From Bacteroidales bacterium (GTDB taxonomy: Bacteria > Bacteroidota > Bacteroidia > Bacteroidales > 4484-276): DNA of 31,056 bases. Where the stretch lies: contig JAOZRY010000001.1 of the NCBI GenBank assembly GCA_029939965.1, positions 4,017-35,072 of the forward strand. Reading direction: 5' to 3'. Below, in pieces: positions 1 through 10,951 of this stretch; within the stretch, counting starts at the first letter, position 1; every line of letters begins with the position of its first letter. Below the pieces are notes generated by a model. The model did no database searches and was not told the origin of the DNA. It worked only from the letters and a program-made list of their open reading frames with translations. The translations under genes were made by a program, and so were the position numbers.

Positions 1-2
1 AC

Positions 3-545
3 CCTGACTACGATGAACAGTTCACATCACTCGGAACAGCAATTGTTTCCTTATCGGCTACGGTTACAGAAACACACTCGATAAACCTCAGCGAGGGCTG
101 GTCGGGGATATCATCGTACCTTGCGCCTTCAAATCCTGCAATGGAGCAAATTGTAACAGCCATTCAGGATAACCTTATCATTATCCAAAACTTAAACGGC
201 GACTATTTCCAGCCGGACGGTGGAAACACATTGGAAAACTGGAATTATTTGGATGGATATTTTATAAAAATAAACAGTGCTGAAAATTTGGAAATTACCG
301 GTTATTATCCTGAAATTAAAACAATTCAACTATCTGCCGGTTGGAATCTGATACCGGTACTTTCCAGCCAGGAAGTTCCTATTGCTGATTTATTTGCCGG
401 AAATATAAATTATGTGGAGATTATAAAAGAGGCTGTGGGATTGAACATGTACTGGCCACAAAAACAAATATTTACACTTCAGGTATTCATACCTGGCAAA
501 TCATACCTGGTAAAAGCAAACCAGGAATTTTCCCTATCCTTTTAA
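3..545 (+). CDS. 3' end of a probable large secreted/surface protein (5'-truncated by the window edge)
   Basis: The frame of ORF 141..545 stays open back to base 3 (PDYDEQFTSLG...THSINLSEGWSGISSYLAPSNPAMEQ...). It has two related modules, INLSEGWSGIS and IQLSAGWNLIP. Function not assignable. Confidence 0.7.
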   Translation, partial: PDYDEQFTSLGTAIVSLSATVTETHSINLSEGWSGISSYLAPSNPAMEQIVTAIQDNLIIIQNLNGDYFQPDGGNTLENWNYLDGYFIKINSAENLEITGYYPEIKTIQLSAGWNLIPVLSSQEVPIADLFAGNINYVEIIKEAVGLNMYWPQKQIFTLQVFIPGKSYLVKANQEFSLSF

Positions 546-574
546 GGCTATAACTAATAGTCTGCCCCTTCCTT

Positions 575-604
575 ACACCGGAGCAAGAAGGCTCCGGTGT
601 TTTT
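575..604 (+). terminator. Intrinsic terminator
   Basis: Perfect 10-bp stem ACACCGGAGC/GCTCCGGTGT, 6-nt loop and T tract, 30 nt after the stop at 545. Confidence 0.85.
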
Positions 605-609
605 AATAT

Positions 610-667
610 AGTGTGTGCCAGAAAACGCCGGTATCATCGTTGGACTTACGTTAAAAACAGGCATTTA
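610..667 (+). repeat. Left-half copy of the palindromic element at 23244..23367
   Basis: Hand alignment gives 52/58 identical nt to 23244..23301. Confidence 0.85.
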
Positions 668-668
668 T

Positions 669-749
669 CAAACAATAGATTTGTCAGCCTTACCAAACGG
701 GATTTACCTGATAAAAATGAATGGGCGAAATTTTCATTATCAAAAATAA
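669..749 (+). pseudogene. Remnant of a T9SS (Por) C-terminal sorting domain
   Basis: Translates QTIDLSALPNGIYLIKMNGRNFHYQK*, resembling the IDLSxLPxGIYLIK tail of T9SS cargo proteins. No start codon or upstream gene body. Confidence 0.55.
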
Positions 750-984
750 TTGGTTTCATGACGTAGGGATGTGGTTATTTTCCCGCCATATTCTAGATGG
801 TGATGTTTAAATATTCGGAAATAAAACAGAAGGCAGAGCCAATAATATTTTAGAGAATTTCGGAAATACATTTCATTTTTTATGGAGAGGCAAACCTATA
901 CCCATAAAAACAGAGGTTGAATATCGTAATCAATCGGCTATTTTGATGTGCATCATCTACAACCTACATCTTACAACTTTTACA

Positions 985-992
985 TACTTTTG
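985..992 (+). promoter_or_regulatory. Putative Bacteroidota sigma70 -7 box for the methyltransferase gene
   Basis: TACTTTTG matches TAnnTTTG, ~70 nt upstream of ATG 1064. No clear -33 TTTG. Confidence 0.45.
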
Positions 993-1063
993 TGTGGGTT
1001 AAAATCTCACTGGGAATTTTTGATTAATGATCGTTCAAAAATTAATTTAAAAAAAATAACAAA

Positions 1064-2146
1064 ATGTTTTTTCTAAAAGAAACTGACGTTAAAAACTTAA
1101 TCAGTATTAAAGAGGCTGTTTCAAATGGGCTTTCCTTCAGGAAATTAATGAAGGTTTGTGATGAAATAAAACCCTATCTCCATGATACTGAGTTTGTGTA
1201 CACCTATGCTGGCTGTCTCCTGGCATCGCACGAAAGAACAGATGAGGCCATACAAATATTTGTTTTAAATAAAGATGATACTTTTTGCCAAATCATGTAT
1301 AATTACCTGAAAGAGTACGGAATATTTGAACCGGCCGGCAAGGTATTTAAAAGTGCTGTGCCTTACGATATTTATGTACAAACCAACTTTTTTCAAAATC
1401 ATCAGGCAAAAGCTATTCAGAGCATCAGTAATATTGTAAAAACCATTCCACCACCTGATTCTGATACTCCTGTAACCATAATTGATATTGGCCCTGGCAA
1501 TGGTGCTTTAATTGCAAAAATTATAAACGAAATTGCCCCCATCTATAACCTTGATTTTGTACGGCTTATTTTTATAGATCCGTTTGAAGATATGTTAAAT
1601 AAAGCCACAGAGTATTGCAAAGAAAATATTCATATCGAGTGCGAAATAATTCCAATCTGTTGCAAAATACAGGAAATAACAGAAACCCAGATTAAACGTA
1701 TTCAACAAAACAAACCCATTTGGTTTACTAATGCTGCACTATCAGTACACCATATCCCAAAGGAATTAAAGATTCCGATGCTAAAACAACTAAAGTCGTT
1801 TTCTCCAAATTTTATATTAACGGAAGTGAACTGGAATCATGATCTACCTGAAAAAGACTCCCCAGAGTTGATATATTCTGTAGCAAAAAGTTATGGGATT
1901 TTCAGCAAAGACATTTTTGACCTTCCCGTTTCAGAAGAAGACAGAAAACTATGTCTTTACCTCTTTCCTGTTTCTGAAGCCATTAATATTATAAAACAAG
2001 AACGTGCTAACCGGATAGATTATCATACTACTATTGCGGAATGGGAAAAAATTGGTAAGGAGGCCGGTTTTTCTGTTGGCGAAGCAGTTGCAACATATAT
2101 TTCGGATAAAAAACCTTTTGCGTTTGTAATGGGTTTTCAGGTTTAA
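1064..2146 (+). CDS. Class I SAM-dependent methyltransferase-like protein with N-terminal extension
   Basis: Motif I IIDIGPGNG, acidic beta-2 end IFIDPFEDML, AALSVHH and C-terminal EWEKIGKEAGF. Confidence 0.7.
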   Translation: MFFLKETDVKNLISIKEAVSNGLSFRKLMKVCDEIKPYLHDTEFVYTYAGCLLASHERTDEAIQIFVLNKDDTFCQIMYNYLKEYGIFEPAGKVFKSAVPYDIYVQTNFFQNHQAKAIQSISNIVKTIPPPDSDTPVTIIDIGPGNGALIAKIINEIAPIYNLDFVRLIFIDPFEDMLNKATEYCKENIHIECEIIPICCKIQEITETQIKRIQQNKPIWFTNAALSVHHIPKELKIPMLKQLKSFSPNFILTEVNWNHDLPEKDSPELIYSVAKSYGIFSKDIFDLPVSEEDRKLCLYLFPVSEAINIIKQERANRIDYHTTIAEWEKIGKEAGFSVGEAVATYISDKKPFAFVMGFQV

Positions 2147-2333
2147 AATCCTAACCAATATGGAAAAATATTGAATATTTTGAACTCGAAAAGAAAATAT
2201 TTATGTATTAAGATTTAGTATCAGGCAAATTCGATCCGGCAACAGCCTGCCTGGAAATCATCTTTTCTTGTTGATCATAAACATTTAGAGTAATCTCTTT
2301 ACACCCAAATGAGTAAGTTCTAGTGCGTAACTC

Positions 2334-2366
2334 AAAAAAAAAGCTCCGATACCGGAGCTTTTTTTT
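2334..2366. terminator. Bidirectional intrinsic terminator
   Basis: A run, AGCTCCG-ATAC-CGGAGCT hairpin, then T run, lying between convergent genes. Confidence 0.9.
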
Positions 2367-2383
2367 GATAGAAATAGAAAAAT

Positions 2384-3097
2384 CTACCTGTCTATTTTTG
2401 TCAAAAGCTGATAAGACACCAATTTCCCATCACTCTTTTGATTCTCGCTTTTTACAACACCTATACCTTCTGCAAGCCATTGGATAGTTTTTGTTTTCAT
2501 GGTTGAAAACGATTTTGTAACTACATCAGCGGTAATTTTTAGGCACTCGAAAGTACCAGCCGTAGTGGTAATAGTTTCAGCAGCTTCAACCTTACGATTT
2601 TTAATGGTAATAGTTGTACCAAACATATCTATTCCATTGGCAGCAATATCTATTTGAACTTTCCCATCTGGCAGTGTTTGGCCAACCGATAAATCAGATG
2701 GATAAAACAAATCTTCTGAATCAATTTTTACTTCCATATTTGGCTGGCTCTGATATTGCTCATAATTCATAGCAGATGTAAAATCATCCATATTCATATA
2801 GAAATTACCATTATCACATTTTACCTCGAAAGTTGTTTTAACAACTTCATCCTTCTTTTTTCCGGTATGTAAAGATTCAATAACCACAACAGTAGCACCA
2901 TCTTCTTGCTTTTTTTCAATAACTTTTTGAATTTGCTTTGAATCTTCTTTGCCCTTGCGGTTATAGAAAGTATATTCGAGTGATACCCCAACATCGGTAG
3001 GATAGAAAAACTTACAATCCTGGGCAAACGTATCGGACCACATAAAAATTACTGCCAAAAACAAAAGTACTGAAGTGAGCTTAATTTTACTTTTCAT
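2384..3097 (-). CDS. Secreted beta-rich protein, DUF3108-like/TapB-like
   Basis: Signal peptide MKSKIKLTSVLLFLAVIFMWSDTFA. C-terminal ETITTTAGTFECLKI...WLAEGIGVVK pattern recalled for this family; not searched. Confidence 0.55.
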   Translation of the reverse strand: MKSKIKLTSVLLFLAVIFMWSDTFAQDCKFFYPTDVGVSLEYTFYNRKGKEDSKQIQKVIEKKQEDGATVVVIESLHTGKKKDEVVKTTFEVKCDNGNFYMNMDDFTSAMNYEQYQSQPNMEVKIDSEDLFYPSDLSVGQTLPDGKVQIDIAANGIDMFGTTITIKNRKVEAAETITTTAGTFECLKITADVVTKSFSTMKTKTIQWLAEGIGVVKSENQKSDGKLVSYQLLTKIDR

Positions 3098-3141
3098 AAA
3101 AATTAAATGTTATTAGTAAATAAAAAATTATATCGCAATTG

Positions 3142-3171
3142 CAAAAATAAAACCAAGACATGAATTAGCAA
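3142..3171 (-). promoter_or_regulatory. Putative promoter of the 237-aa secreted-protein gene
   Basis: Minus-strand TATTTTTGCA (-7 box 3142..3149) with TTG 19 nt upstream (3169..3171). Confidence 0.55.
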
Positions 3172-3188
3172 TTTAAAATGCCTTAAAT

Positions 3189-4499
<1,311 letters not shown>

Positions 4500-4507
4500 T
4501 TAAATCA

Positions 4508-4515
4508 CAAAATTA
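4508..4515 (-). promoter_or_regulatory. Putative -7 box for eno
   Basis: TAATTTTG on the minus strand just after the rplQ terminator. A second TAATTTTG lies at 4490..4497. Confidence 0.45.
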
Positions 4516-4531
4516 CGTACTTATCTTTAAC

Positions 4532-4565
4532 AAAAAAAGGACAAGGCATTGATGGCCTCATCCTT
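4532..4565 (-). terminator. Intrinsic terminator ending the ribosomal superoperon
   Basis: Minus-strand AAGGATGAGGC-loop-GCCTTGTCCTT (11 bp with two G-U pairs) followed by T tract, 25 nt after the rplQ stop. Confidence 0.8.
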
Positions 4566-4590
4566 AACAATAGTTTAACAATATTTTAAA

Positions 4591-5184
4591 TTATTCTGAT
4601 TTTTTCTCTTTATCGTCATCAGAAGACTTTTCTTCAGCAGCAACTTCAGGTTTCGATTTCTCCTCTTTTACATCTTCTACTTCTGCTTTAGGCTCATCTA
4701 CCACAGTAGTTTCTTTAACAACATCGGCAACTCGGGTAGTTTCCTTATCTGCTCCTGAGCTTTTTCTACGACGACGGCGTCCGGTGGTTGCTTTTCTTTC
4801 TGTTTTTCCTCCGCCCAACATATGCTCATTATAATCAACAAGTTCGATTAAACACATATCTGCATTATCACCCATCCTGTTTCCCAATTTTATGATACGG
4901 GTATATCCTCCCGGACGGCTGGCAATTTTGGTTGATATTTCTCTGAAAAGCTCATTAACTGCCTCTTTGCTTTGTAGTGAACTAAACACCATTCTTCTTG
5001 AATGCGTGGTATCCACCTTCGATCGGCTCAAAATCGGCTCGACATAAGATCTAAGTGCCTTTGCTTTCGCAACAGTTGTTTTGATTCTTTTGTGAAGAAT
5101 CAAAGATGTTGACATATTTGAAAGCATTGCTCTGCGATGCGCACTCGTCCTGCTTAAATGATTAAATTTCTTACGGTGTCTCAT
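4591..5184 (-). CDS. rplQ: 50S ribosomal protein L17 with charged C-terminal tail
   Basis: [21 protein letters not shown] and [12 protein letters not shown]; follows rpoA. Confidence 0.99.
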   Translation of the reverse strand: MRHRKKFNHLSRTSAHRRAMLSNMSTSLILHKRIKTTVAKAKALRSYVEPILSRSKVDTTHSRRMVFSSLQSKEAVNELFREISTKIASRPGGYTRIIKLGNRMGDNADMCLIELVDYNEHMLGGGKTERKATTGRRRRRKSSGADKETTRVADVVKETTVVDEPKAEVEDVKEEKSKPEVAAEEKSSDDDKEKKSE

Positions 5185-5191
5185 TTTTCAA

Positions 5192-6184
5192 TTATTCCTT
5201 GTCTAATTTATACTTCGAAACATTCATACCAAACTCCAGGCTCTTCGACTTTATAAGCTCTTCCAATTCGGTTAGAGATTTTTTTCCAAAATTCCTGAAT
5301 TTGAGCAAATCATTCTTGTTAAAGGCAACCAAATCGCCCAAAGTTTCAACATCAGCGGCTTTTAAGCAGTTAAGTGCTCTAACTGAAAGGTCGAGATCAA
5401 CAAGTTTTGTCTTGAGTAATTGTCGGGTATGTAGTGAATTTTCATCAAATTCCTCTGTAACGTTTTTCTCTTCTTTTTCAAGAGTAATTTTTTCGTCAGA
5501 GAAGAGCATGAAATGATGAATTAATATTTTAGCTGCTTCTTTCAAAGCATCTTTCGGATGAATAGATCCATCAGTCAGAACATTAATAACAAGCTTTTCA
5601 TAGTCTGTTTTTTGTTCTACTCTGAAATCTTCTATATCAAATTTAACGTTTTTGATTGGAGTATGAATCGCATCGATAGAAATAGTTCCGAGAGGAGCAT
5701 TTATATCTTTGTTCTCCTCAGCAGGAACATACCCTCTGCCTTTATTAATTGTAAGCTCGATCGATAGTTTTACAGAAGTATCCATTGAACAAATAACCAC
5801 TTCTGGATTCAAAACCTGAAAAACTGACAGATATTTGTTAATATCACCGGCTTTAAAACTTTCTTGCCCAGATATTACGATATGTATTTTTTCGGCACTT
5901 TCATCTTCAACTAATCTTTTAAACCTGATTTGTTTCAGATTCAAAATAATTTCTGTCACATCTTCAACAATACCGGTAACGGTAGAAAACTCCTGTTCTA
6001 CACCTTCGATTCTGATATTTGTAATAGCAAACCCTTCAAGAGATGATAATAGAATCCTGCGCAGTGCATTGCCAATAGTAATACCGAAACCAGGTTCGAG
6101 CGGACGAAATTCAAATCTTCCAGCAAAATCGTCTGATTCGATCATAATCACTTTATCGGGCTTCTGAAATGCTAATATTGCCAT
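5192..6184 (-). CDS. rpoA: RNA polymerase subunit alpha
   Basis: [21 protein letters not shown]; alpha-[13 protein letters not shown]...RNFGKKSL. Confidence 0.99.
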   Translation of the reverse strand: MAILAFQKPDKVIMIESDDFAGRFEFRPLEPGFGITIGNALRRILLSSLEGFAITNIRIEGVEQEFSTVTGIVEDVTEIILNLKQIRFKRLVEDESAEKIHIVISGQESFKAGDINKYLSVFQVLNPEVVICSMDTSVKLSIELTINKGRGYVPAEENKDINAPLGTISIDAIHTPIKNVKFDIEDFRVEQKTDYEKLVINVLTDGSIHPKDALKEAAKILIHHFMLFSDEKITLEKEEKNVTEEFDENSLHTRQLLKTKLVDLDLSVRALNCLKAADVETLGDLVAFNKNDLLKFRNFGKKSLTELEELIKSKSLEFGMNVSKYKLDKE

Positions 6185-6229
6185 AATTTAAACCTTTGGT
6201 TTTTTTGGTAAAAAATATTGGAAAAACTA

Positions 6230-6835
6230 TTATTTAGAGTAAAGCTCAACAATAAGCTGCTCATTAATATTCTCTGGGATTTCTTCCCTTTCAGGGAAAT
6301 TAAGGAATTTCCCAAGATACTTATCTTCATCCCATTCAAGCCATGAATAGCTTGATGCTCTGGAGGCGAGAGAGTCGGTAATTGCTTCGAGTGATTTTGA
6401 TCTTTCCCTCACTCCAACAACATCACCCGGACGTACCGCAAACGAAGGAATATTCACAACAGTGCCATTAACAGTAATATGACGATGTGAAACCAATTGA
6501 CGGGCACCTGCTCTGGTCGGAGCAATCCCAAAACGGTAAATAACATTGTCAAGTCGGGCTTCAATTAATTGAAGTAAAACTTCACCTGTAACACCTTTTT
6601 TACGTGTTGCTTTCTTGAAAGTATTACGGAATTGCTTTTCAAGCATTCCGTAAGTGTATTTTGCCTTTTGTTTTTCGGCAAGCTGAATTCCATATTCTGA
6701 AGGTTTTTTCCTTCTCTTGTTCAGCCCATGCTGTCCGGGGGGATAACTCTTCTTTTCGTAGTATTTATCAGCACCATAAATAGGTTCTGCAAATTTCCTG
6801 GAAATTTTTGTTTTTGGCCCAATATATCTTGCCAT
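6230..6835 (-). CDS. rpsD: 30S ribosomal protein S4
   Basis: [27 protein letters not shown] and [13 protein letters not shown]. Confidence 0.99.
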   Translation of the reverse strand: MARYIGPKTKISRKFAEPIYGADKYYEKKSYPPGQHGLNKRRKKPSEYGIQLAEKQKAKYTYGMLEKQFRNTFKKATRKKGVTGEVLLQLIEARLDNVIYRFGIAPTRAGARQLVSHRHITVNGTVVNIPSFAVRPGDVVGVRERSKSLEAITDSLASRASSYSWLEWDEDKYLGKFLNFPEREEIPENINEQLIVELYSK

Positions 6836-6872
6836 TTTCTATCCTTTAGTTTAATGTTATCATCAAATTTAC

Positions 6873-7271
6873 TTAAACTCTTCTTCTTTTCGGAGGACGA
6901 CAACCATTATGTGGTAATGGTGTAACATCGTTTATTTCGACAACTTCAATGCCAGAGGCGTGAAGTGTTCTGATTGCCGATTCTCTTCCTGACCCGGGAC
7001 CTTTTACATAAACCTTAACTTTTCTCAATCCGAGATCGTATGCAGTTTTTGCGCAATCCTCTGCAGCTGTTTGTGCAGCGTAAGGAGTGTTTTTCTTGGA
7101 ACCCCTAAATCCCATTTTTCCTGATGATGACCAGGAAATTACCTGACCTGCACTGTTGGTCAAGGTAACAATGATATTATTGAAGGAAGCACTTACGTAG
7201 GCTCTTCCGTAAGGTTCTACCTTAACAACCCGTTTCTTGGTACTTCTTCCCGATTTACTCGATTTTGCCAT
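6873..7271 (-). CDS. rpsK: 30S ribosomal protein S11
   Basis: [23 protein letters not shown] and [18 protein letters not shown]. Confidence 0.99.
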   Translation of the reverse strand: MAKSSKSGRSTKKRVVKVEPYGRAYVSASFNNIIVTLTNSAGQVISWSSSGKMGFRGSKKNTPYAAQTAAEDCAKTAYDLGLRKVKVYVKGPGSGRESAIRTLHASGIEVVEINDVTPLPHNGCRPPKRRRV

Positions 7272-7327
7272 TATATTATTGTTTCTTTCTGATTATTCGC
7301 AAAATTTGAAAATAGCGGTTGAATGAA

Positions 7328-7708
7328 TTAACCTGTTGGTGCTTTCTTTTTATTAGCAACAGTTTTTTTCTTACCCTTACGTGTACGGGCATTATTTTTG
7401 GTGCACTGCCCCCTCAACGGTAAACCTAAACGATGACGGATTCCACGGTATGTACCGATATCCATTAGTCGTTTAATATTCATCTGAACTTCAGAGCGTA
7501 ATGTACCTTCAACTTTGCATTCATCGTTGATTATTTCCCTGATCTTGTTTTGTTCATCATCGCTCCACTCCTGAACCTTCTTATTATAATCCACTTCGGC
7601 TTTAACAAGAATTTCATTTGCCAGGCTTCTGCCTATGCCATGAATGTAAGTGAGCGCTATAACACCTCTTTTATTTCTTGGTATGTCAACACCTGCAATA
7701 CGTGCCAT
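7328..7708 (-). CDS. rpsM: 30S ribosomal protein S13
   Basis: [10 protein letters not shown] and [26 protein letters not shown]. Confidence 0.99.
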   Translation of the reverse strand: MARIAGVDIPRNKRGVIALTYIHGIGRSLANEILVKAEVDYNKKVQEWSDDEQNKIREIINDECKVEGTLRSEVQMNIKRLMDIGTYRGIRHRLGLPLRGQCTKNNARTRKGKKKTVANKKKAPTG

Positions 7709-7733
7709 AATATATCTCTTAATTTAATTATTA

Positions 7734-7850
7734 TTAACCCTGTCTTTGTTTGAACTTAGGATTCTTTTTGTTGATGACATAAAGTCGACCTTTACGGCGA
7801 ACGATCTTACAATCTGACGTTCTCTTTTTAATTGAAGCTCTAACTTTCAT
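7734..7850 (-). CDS. rpmJ: 50S ribosomal protein L36 (non-zinc type), not in the ORF track
   Basis: Hand translation [38 protein letters not shown], between infA and rpsM. Confidence 0.97.
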   Translation of the reverse strand: MKVRASIKKRTSDCKIVRRKGRLYVINKKNPKFKQRQG

Positions 7851-7861
7851 AACTATCTTTG

Positions 7862-8080
7862 TTACTTGTATCTGAATGTAATTCTACCTTTGCTCAAATC
7901 ATACGGCGACATCGCAATTTTAACACGATCACCAGGCAGAATCTTGATATAATGCATTCTCATTTTCCCTGAAATGTGAGCTGTGATCACATGTCCATTT
8001 TCAAGTTCAACCCTGAACATTGCATTACCCAGTGATTCTATCACTGTTCCATCTTGTTCTATTACTGCTTGTTTGGCCAT
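7862..8080 (-). CDS. infA: Translation initiation factor IF-1
   Basis: [34 protein letters not shown]. Confidence 0.99.
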   Translation of the reverse strand: MAKQAVIEQDGTVIESLGNAMFRVELENGHVITAHISGKMRMHYIKILPGDRVKIAMSPYDLSKGRITFRYK

Positions 8081-8104
8081 ATAATATAGTGTCCAATATT
8101 TTTA

Positions 8105-8887
8105 TTAGTTCTTATTCTTTAATACTTCTTCAATAAAATCAAATGTTGATAAAATCTCTGCTTTTCCTTTCCGAACCACGATATCATGTTCGAAATGAGC
8201 TGATGGTTTTGCATCGTCTGTCCTTATAGTCCAACCATCACGTTCCTGAAAAACTTTTTTAACTCCAAGGTTTATCATCGGCTCAATGGCCAAAACCATA
8301 CCTGCACGCAATTCTTTTCCTTTTCCGCGTCGCCCGAAGTTTGGTACCTCAGGTTTTTCGTGCAAATTACTACCCAATCCATGACCAACCAAATCTCTCA
8401 CAACTCCGTAACCAAAAGATTCACAATAACTTTGAATACTGTATCCAATATCTCCAATTCTGTTTCCAACAACAGCAGCATCTATTCCTTTGTACAAAGA
8501 TTCACGAGTACGTTGCAATAGCATCAAGGTTTTTTTGTCCACCTCTCCAATGGTAAATGTAAAAGCAGAATCACCAAAATATCCATTCTTTTTTACACCA
8601 CAATCAATAGAGATAATATCACCTTCGATTAATTCGTAATCACCCGGAATTCCATGAACAACTTCATCATTAACTGAGGTACAAAGTGTAGCAGGAAATC
8701 CGCCATAGCCCTTAAACCCGGGAACAGCATCATTATCCCTAATGAACTCTTCAGCAATTTTATCTAATTCTCCGGTATTTACTCCCGGCTTGATATGTTT
8801 TGCTACTTCGGCTAAAGTTTTACCAACAAGTAAAGAACTTATTCTTATTATTTCAATTTCTTCCTCGGTTTTAATGAGTGCGCTCAT
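8105..8887 (-). CDS. map: Methionine aminopeptidase type I
   Basis: SVNDEVVHGIP, DCGV...GDSA, GHGLG, AIEPMIN and SAHFEH motifs. Confidence 0.98.
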   Translation of the reverse strand: MSALIKTEEEIEIIRISSLLVGKTLAEVAKHIKPGVNTGELDKIAEEFIRDNDAVPGFKGYGGFPATLCTSVNDEVVHGIPGDYELIEGDIISIDCGVKKNGYFGDSAFTFTIGEVDKKTLMLLQRTRESLYKGIDAAVVGNRIGDIGYSIQSYCESFGYGVVRDLVGHGLGSNLHEKPEVPNFGRRGKGKELRAGMVLAIEPMINLGVKKVFQERDGWTIRTDDAKPSAHFEHDIVVRKGKAEILSTFDFIEEVLKNKN

Positions 8888-8908
8888 AATAACTGACCTA
8901 TTATTCTT

Positions 8909-10273
8909 CTACATTCCTCCAGAAGACCTTCCCTTAATTCTGCCTGATTTAGTCAAACCATCGTAATGCCTCATAAGTAAATGACTTTCAACTTGCGACA
9001 GCGTATCAAGAACAACACCTACCAAAATAAGAAGCGATGTTCCTCCATAGAACTGGGCAAACTGTGCATTAACACCTATTAAACTAACAAAAGCAGGCAT
9101 GATAGCCACCAAACCCAAAAACATAGAGCCCGGGAAAGTAATTCTTGACATTATTGTATCAATAAATTCAGCAGTACGGCGTCCGGGTTTAACACCGGGA
9201 ATAAAACCACCATTCTTTTTCATATCATCAGCCATCTGATTGGGATTAACTGTAATAGCAGTATAGAAATACGTAAAAATCACAATCATCATAAAAAACA
9301 CAAAATTATACCAAAACCCGTTAATATTTGTAAACGTTGCAGCAAAACCGGTTAAAGAATCGGATTGAGCATAGTTAGCAATAGTTAATGGGAGGAACAT
9401 AATTGCTTGCGCAAAGATGATGGGCATTACACCTGCAGCATTCACTTTGAGTGGGATATACTGACGAACACCGCCATACTGACGATTTCCAACAACACGC
9501 TTTGCATATTGAACCGGTATTCTTCGGGTACCCTGTACAAGTAAAATTGTGAGTAAGATAACGCCTACAAGAATTATTAGTTCTACAATAAAAATTACCA
9601 GTCCACCACCTTGCTCTTCCATACGTGAAATAAACTCACCAAATAATGCAAAAGGCAATCGTGCAATGATACCAATCATAATGATCAACGAAATACCATT
9701 CCCAATCCCTTTATCAGTTATCTTTTCGCCCAACCACATTACAAACATCGATCCTGCCGTAAGCATAATGATGGATGAAATTCCGAAGAACGAGAAAATA
9801 GAATGAGACATAATATTCGGACTGAAGGGATAAATTGCCTCAGGTGGAAGTTGACTTACTATATTTGCTATATATGCAGGTGATTGGAAAATAAGAATAA
9901 TTACAGTTAAATAACGTGTAATCTGATTGATTTTTTTCCTACCACTTTCACCCTCTTTTTGTAACCTCTGGAAATAAGGGATTGCCATACCCAACAACTG
10001 CACTACAATAGATGCAGAGATGTAGGGCATTATTCCTAATGCAAAAATAGAAGCATTTGAAAATGCACCTCCTGAGAACATATTTAACAATCCTAACAAC
10101 CCACTTGACGTTTGTTGCTGGAGTGCATCAAGCATATCAGGATCTACTCCGGGCAGTACTATGTATGACCCGAGTCTGTATAGAAGAATAATACCTAAGG
10201 TGTATGCTATCCTATTCCTTAGGTCTTCTATCTTGTATATATTCCGTATTGTTTCGATTAATCGTTTCATCAA
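8909..10273 (-). CDS. secY: Preprotein translocase SecY (start may be 10270)
   Basis: SIFALGIMPYISASIVVQLL, GIGNGISLII, GFIPGVKPG and FYGGTSLLILVGV. Confidence 0.99.
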   Translation of the reverse strand: MMKRLIETIRNIYKIEDLRNRIAYTLGIILLYRLGSYIVLPGVDPDMLDALQQQTSSGLLGLLNMFSGGAFSNASIFALGIMPYISASIVVQLLGMAIPYFQRLQKEGESGRKKINQITRYLTVIILIFQSPAYIANIVSQLPPEAIYPFSPNIMSHSIFSFFGISSIIMLTAGSMFVMWLGEKITDKGIGNGISLIIMIGIIARLPFALFGEFISRMEEQGGGLVIFIVELIILVGVILLTILLVQGTRRIPVQYAKRVVGNRQYGGVRQYIPLKVNAAGVMPIIFAQAIMFLPLTIANYAQSDSLTGFAATFTNINGFWYNFVFFMMIVIFTYFYTAITVNPNQMADDMKKNGGFIPGVKPGRRTAEFIDTIMSRITFPGSMFLGLVAIMPAFVSLIGVNAQFAQFYGGTSLLILVGVVLDTLSQVESHLLMRHYDGLTKSGRIKGRSSGGM

Positions 10274-10276
10274 AAA

Positions 10277-10723
10277 TTAGATTTTTGTTGCAACACCACC
10301 TTGCTGTTCGATTGCTTCCTGAGCTGTTTTTGAAAATCCATGAGCTTCTACTTCGAGTTTGGTTTTAAGTTCACCACGACCCAAAATCTTGATTAGATCA
10401 TTCTTTTGAGCTAAACCATTTTCGATAAGCACATTTAAATTAAAAACTGTAATATTCTTTTCGTCCACCAGTTTTTGCAAGGCGTCGATATTAATACCAC
10501 GATATTCTTTTCGGTTAATATTTTTGAAACCGCCTTTTGGAATACGACGATAAAGTGGCATTTGACCACCTTCAAAGCCAATTTTTCTTTTGTAGCCAGA
10601 TCTCGACTTTGCACCTTTGTGCCCTCTTGTAGAGGTACCACCTCTTCCAGATCCCTGTCCGCGTCCAATTCTTTTTCTGTTCTTGATTGAACCTTCTGCC
10701 GGTTTTAGATTACTTAAATCCAT
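10277..10723 (-). CDS. rplO: 50S ribosomal protein L15
   Basis: RIGRGQGSGRGGTSTRGHKG and GFEGGQMPL. Confidence 0.99.
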   Translation of the reverse strand: MDLSNLKPAEGSIKNRKRIGRGQGSGRGGTSTRGHKGAKSRSGYKRKIGFEGGQMPLYRRIPKGGFKNINRKEYRGINIDALQKLVDEKNITVFNLNVLIENGLAQKNDLIKILGRGELKTKLEVEAHGFSKTAQEAIEQQGGVATKI

Positions 10724-10746
10724 TTTATACTATTAATTAGGATTGT

Positions 10747-10926
10747 TTACAATTCTTCAACTTCAACTAAGTGTTTCACTCTGTTGACCATTCCCATGAT
10801 CTGTGGATTAACCTCGTGCTCAACTACCCTGTTAATTTTGTTAAGTCCCAGAGCCACCAAGGTTTTCTTTTGTCTCGCCGGACGTCCAATTCCGCTTTTA
10901 ACCTGTTTGATTATTATCTTACTCAT
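10747..10926 (-). CDS. rpmD: 50S ribosomal protein L30, not in the ORF track
   Basis: Hand translation MSKIIIKQVKSGIGRPARQKKTLVALGLNKINRVVEHEVNPQIMGMVNRVKHLVEVEEL*, between rpsE and rplO. Confidence 0.97.
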   Translation of the reverse strand: MSKIIIKQVKSGIGRPARQKKTLVALGLNKINRVVEHEVNPQIMGMVNRVKHLVEVEEL

Positions 10927-10951
10927 TTTTCCGGTAGTTTAAAATAAAAAA

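Noticed and set aside
4591-4830. Long Lys/Glu-rich C-terminal tail on L17 (and the Gly/Pro/Arg tail on S3)
   Set aside because: Variable low-complexity tails on these proteins are common in this phylum.
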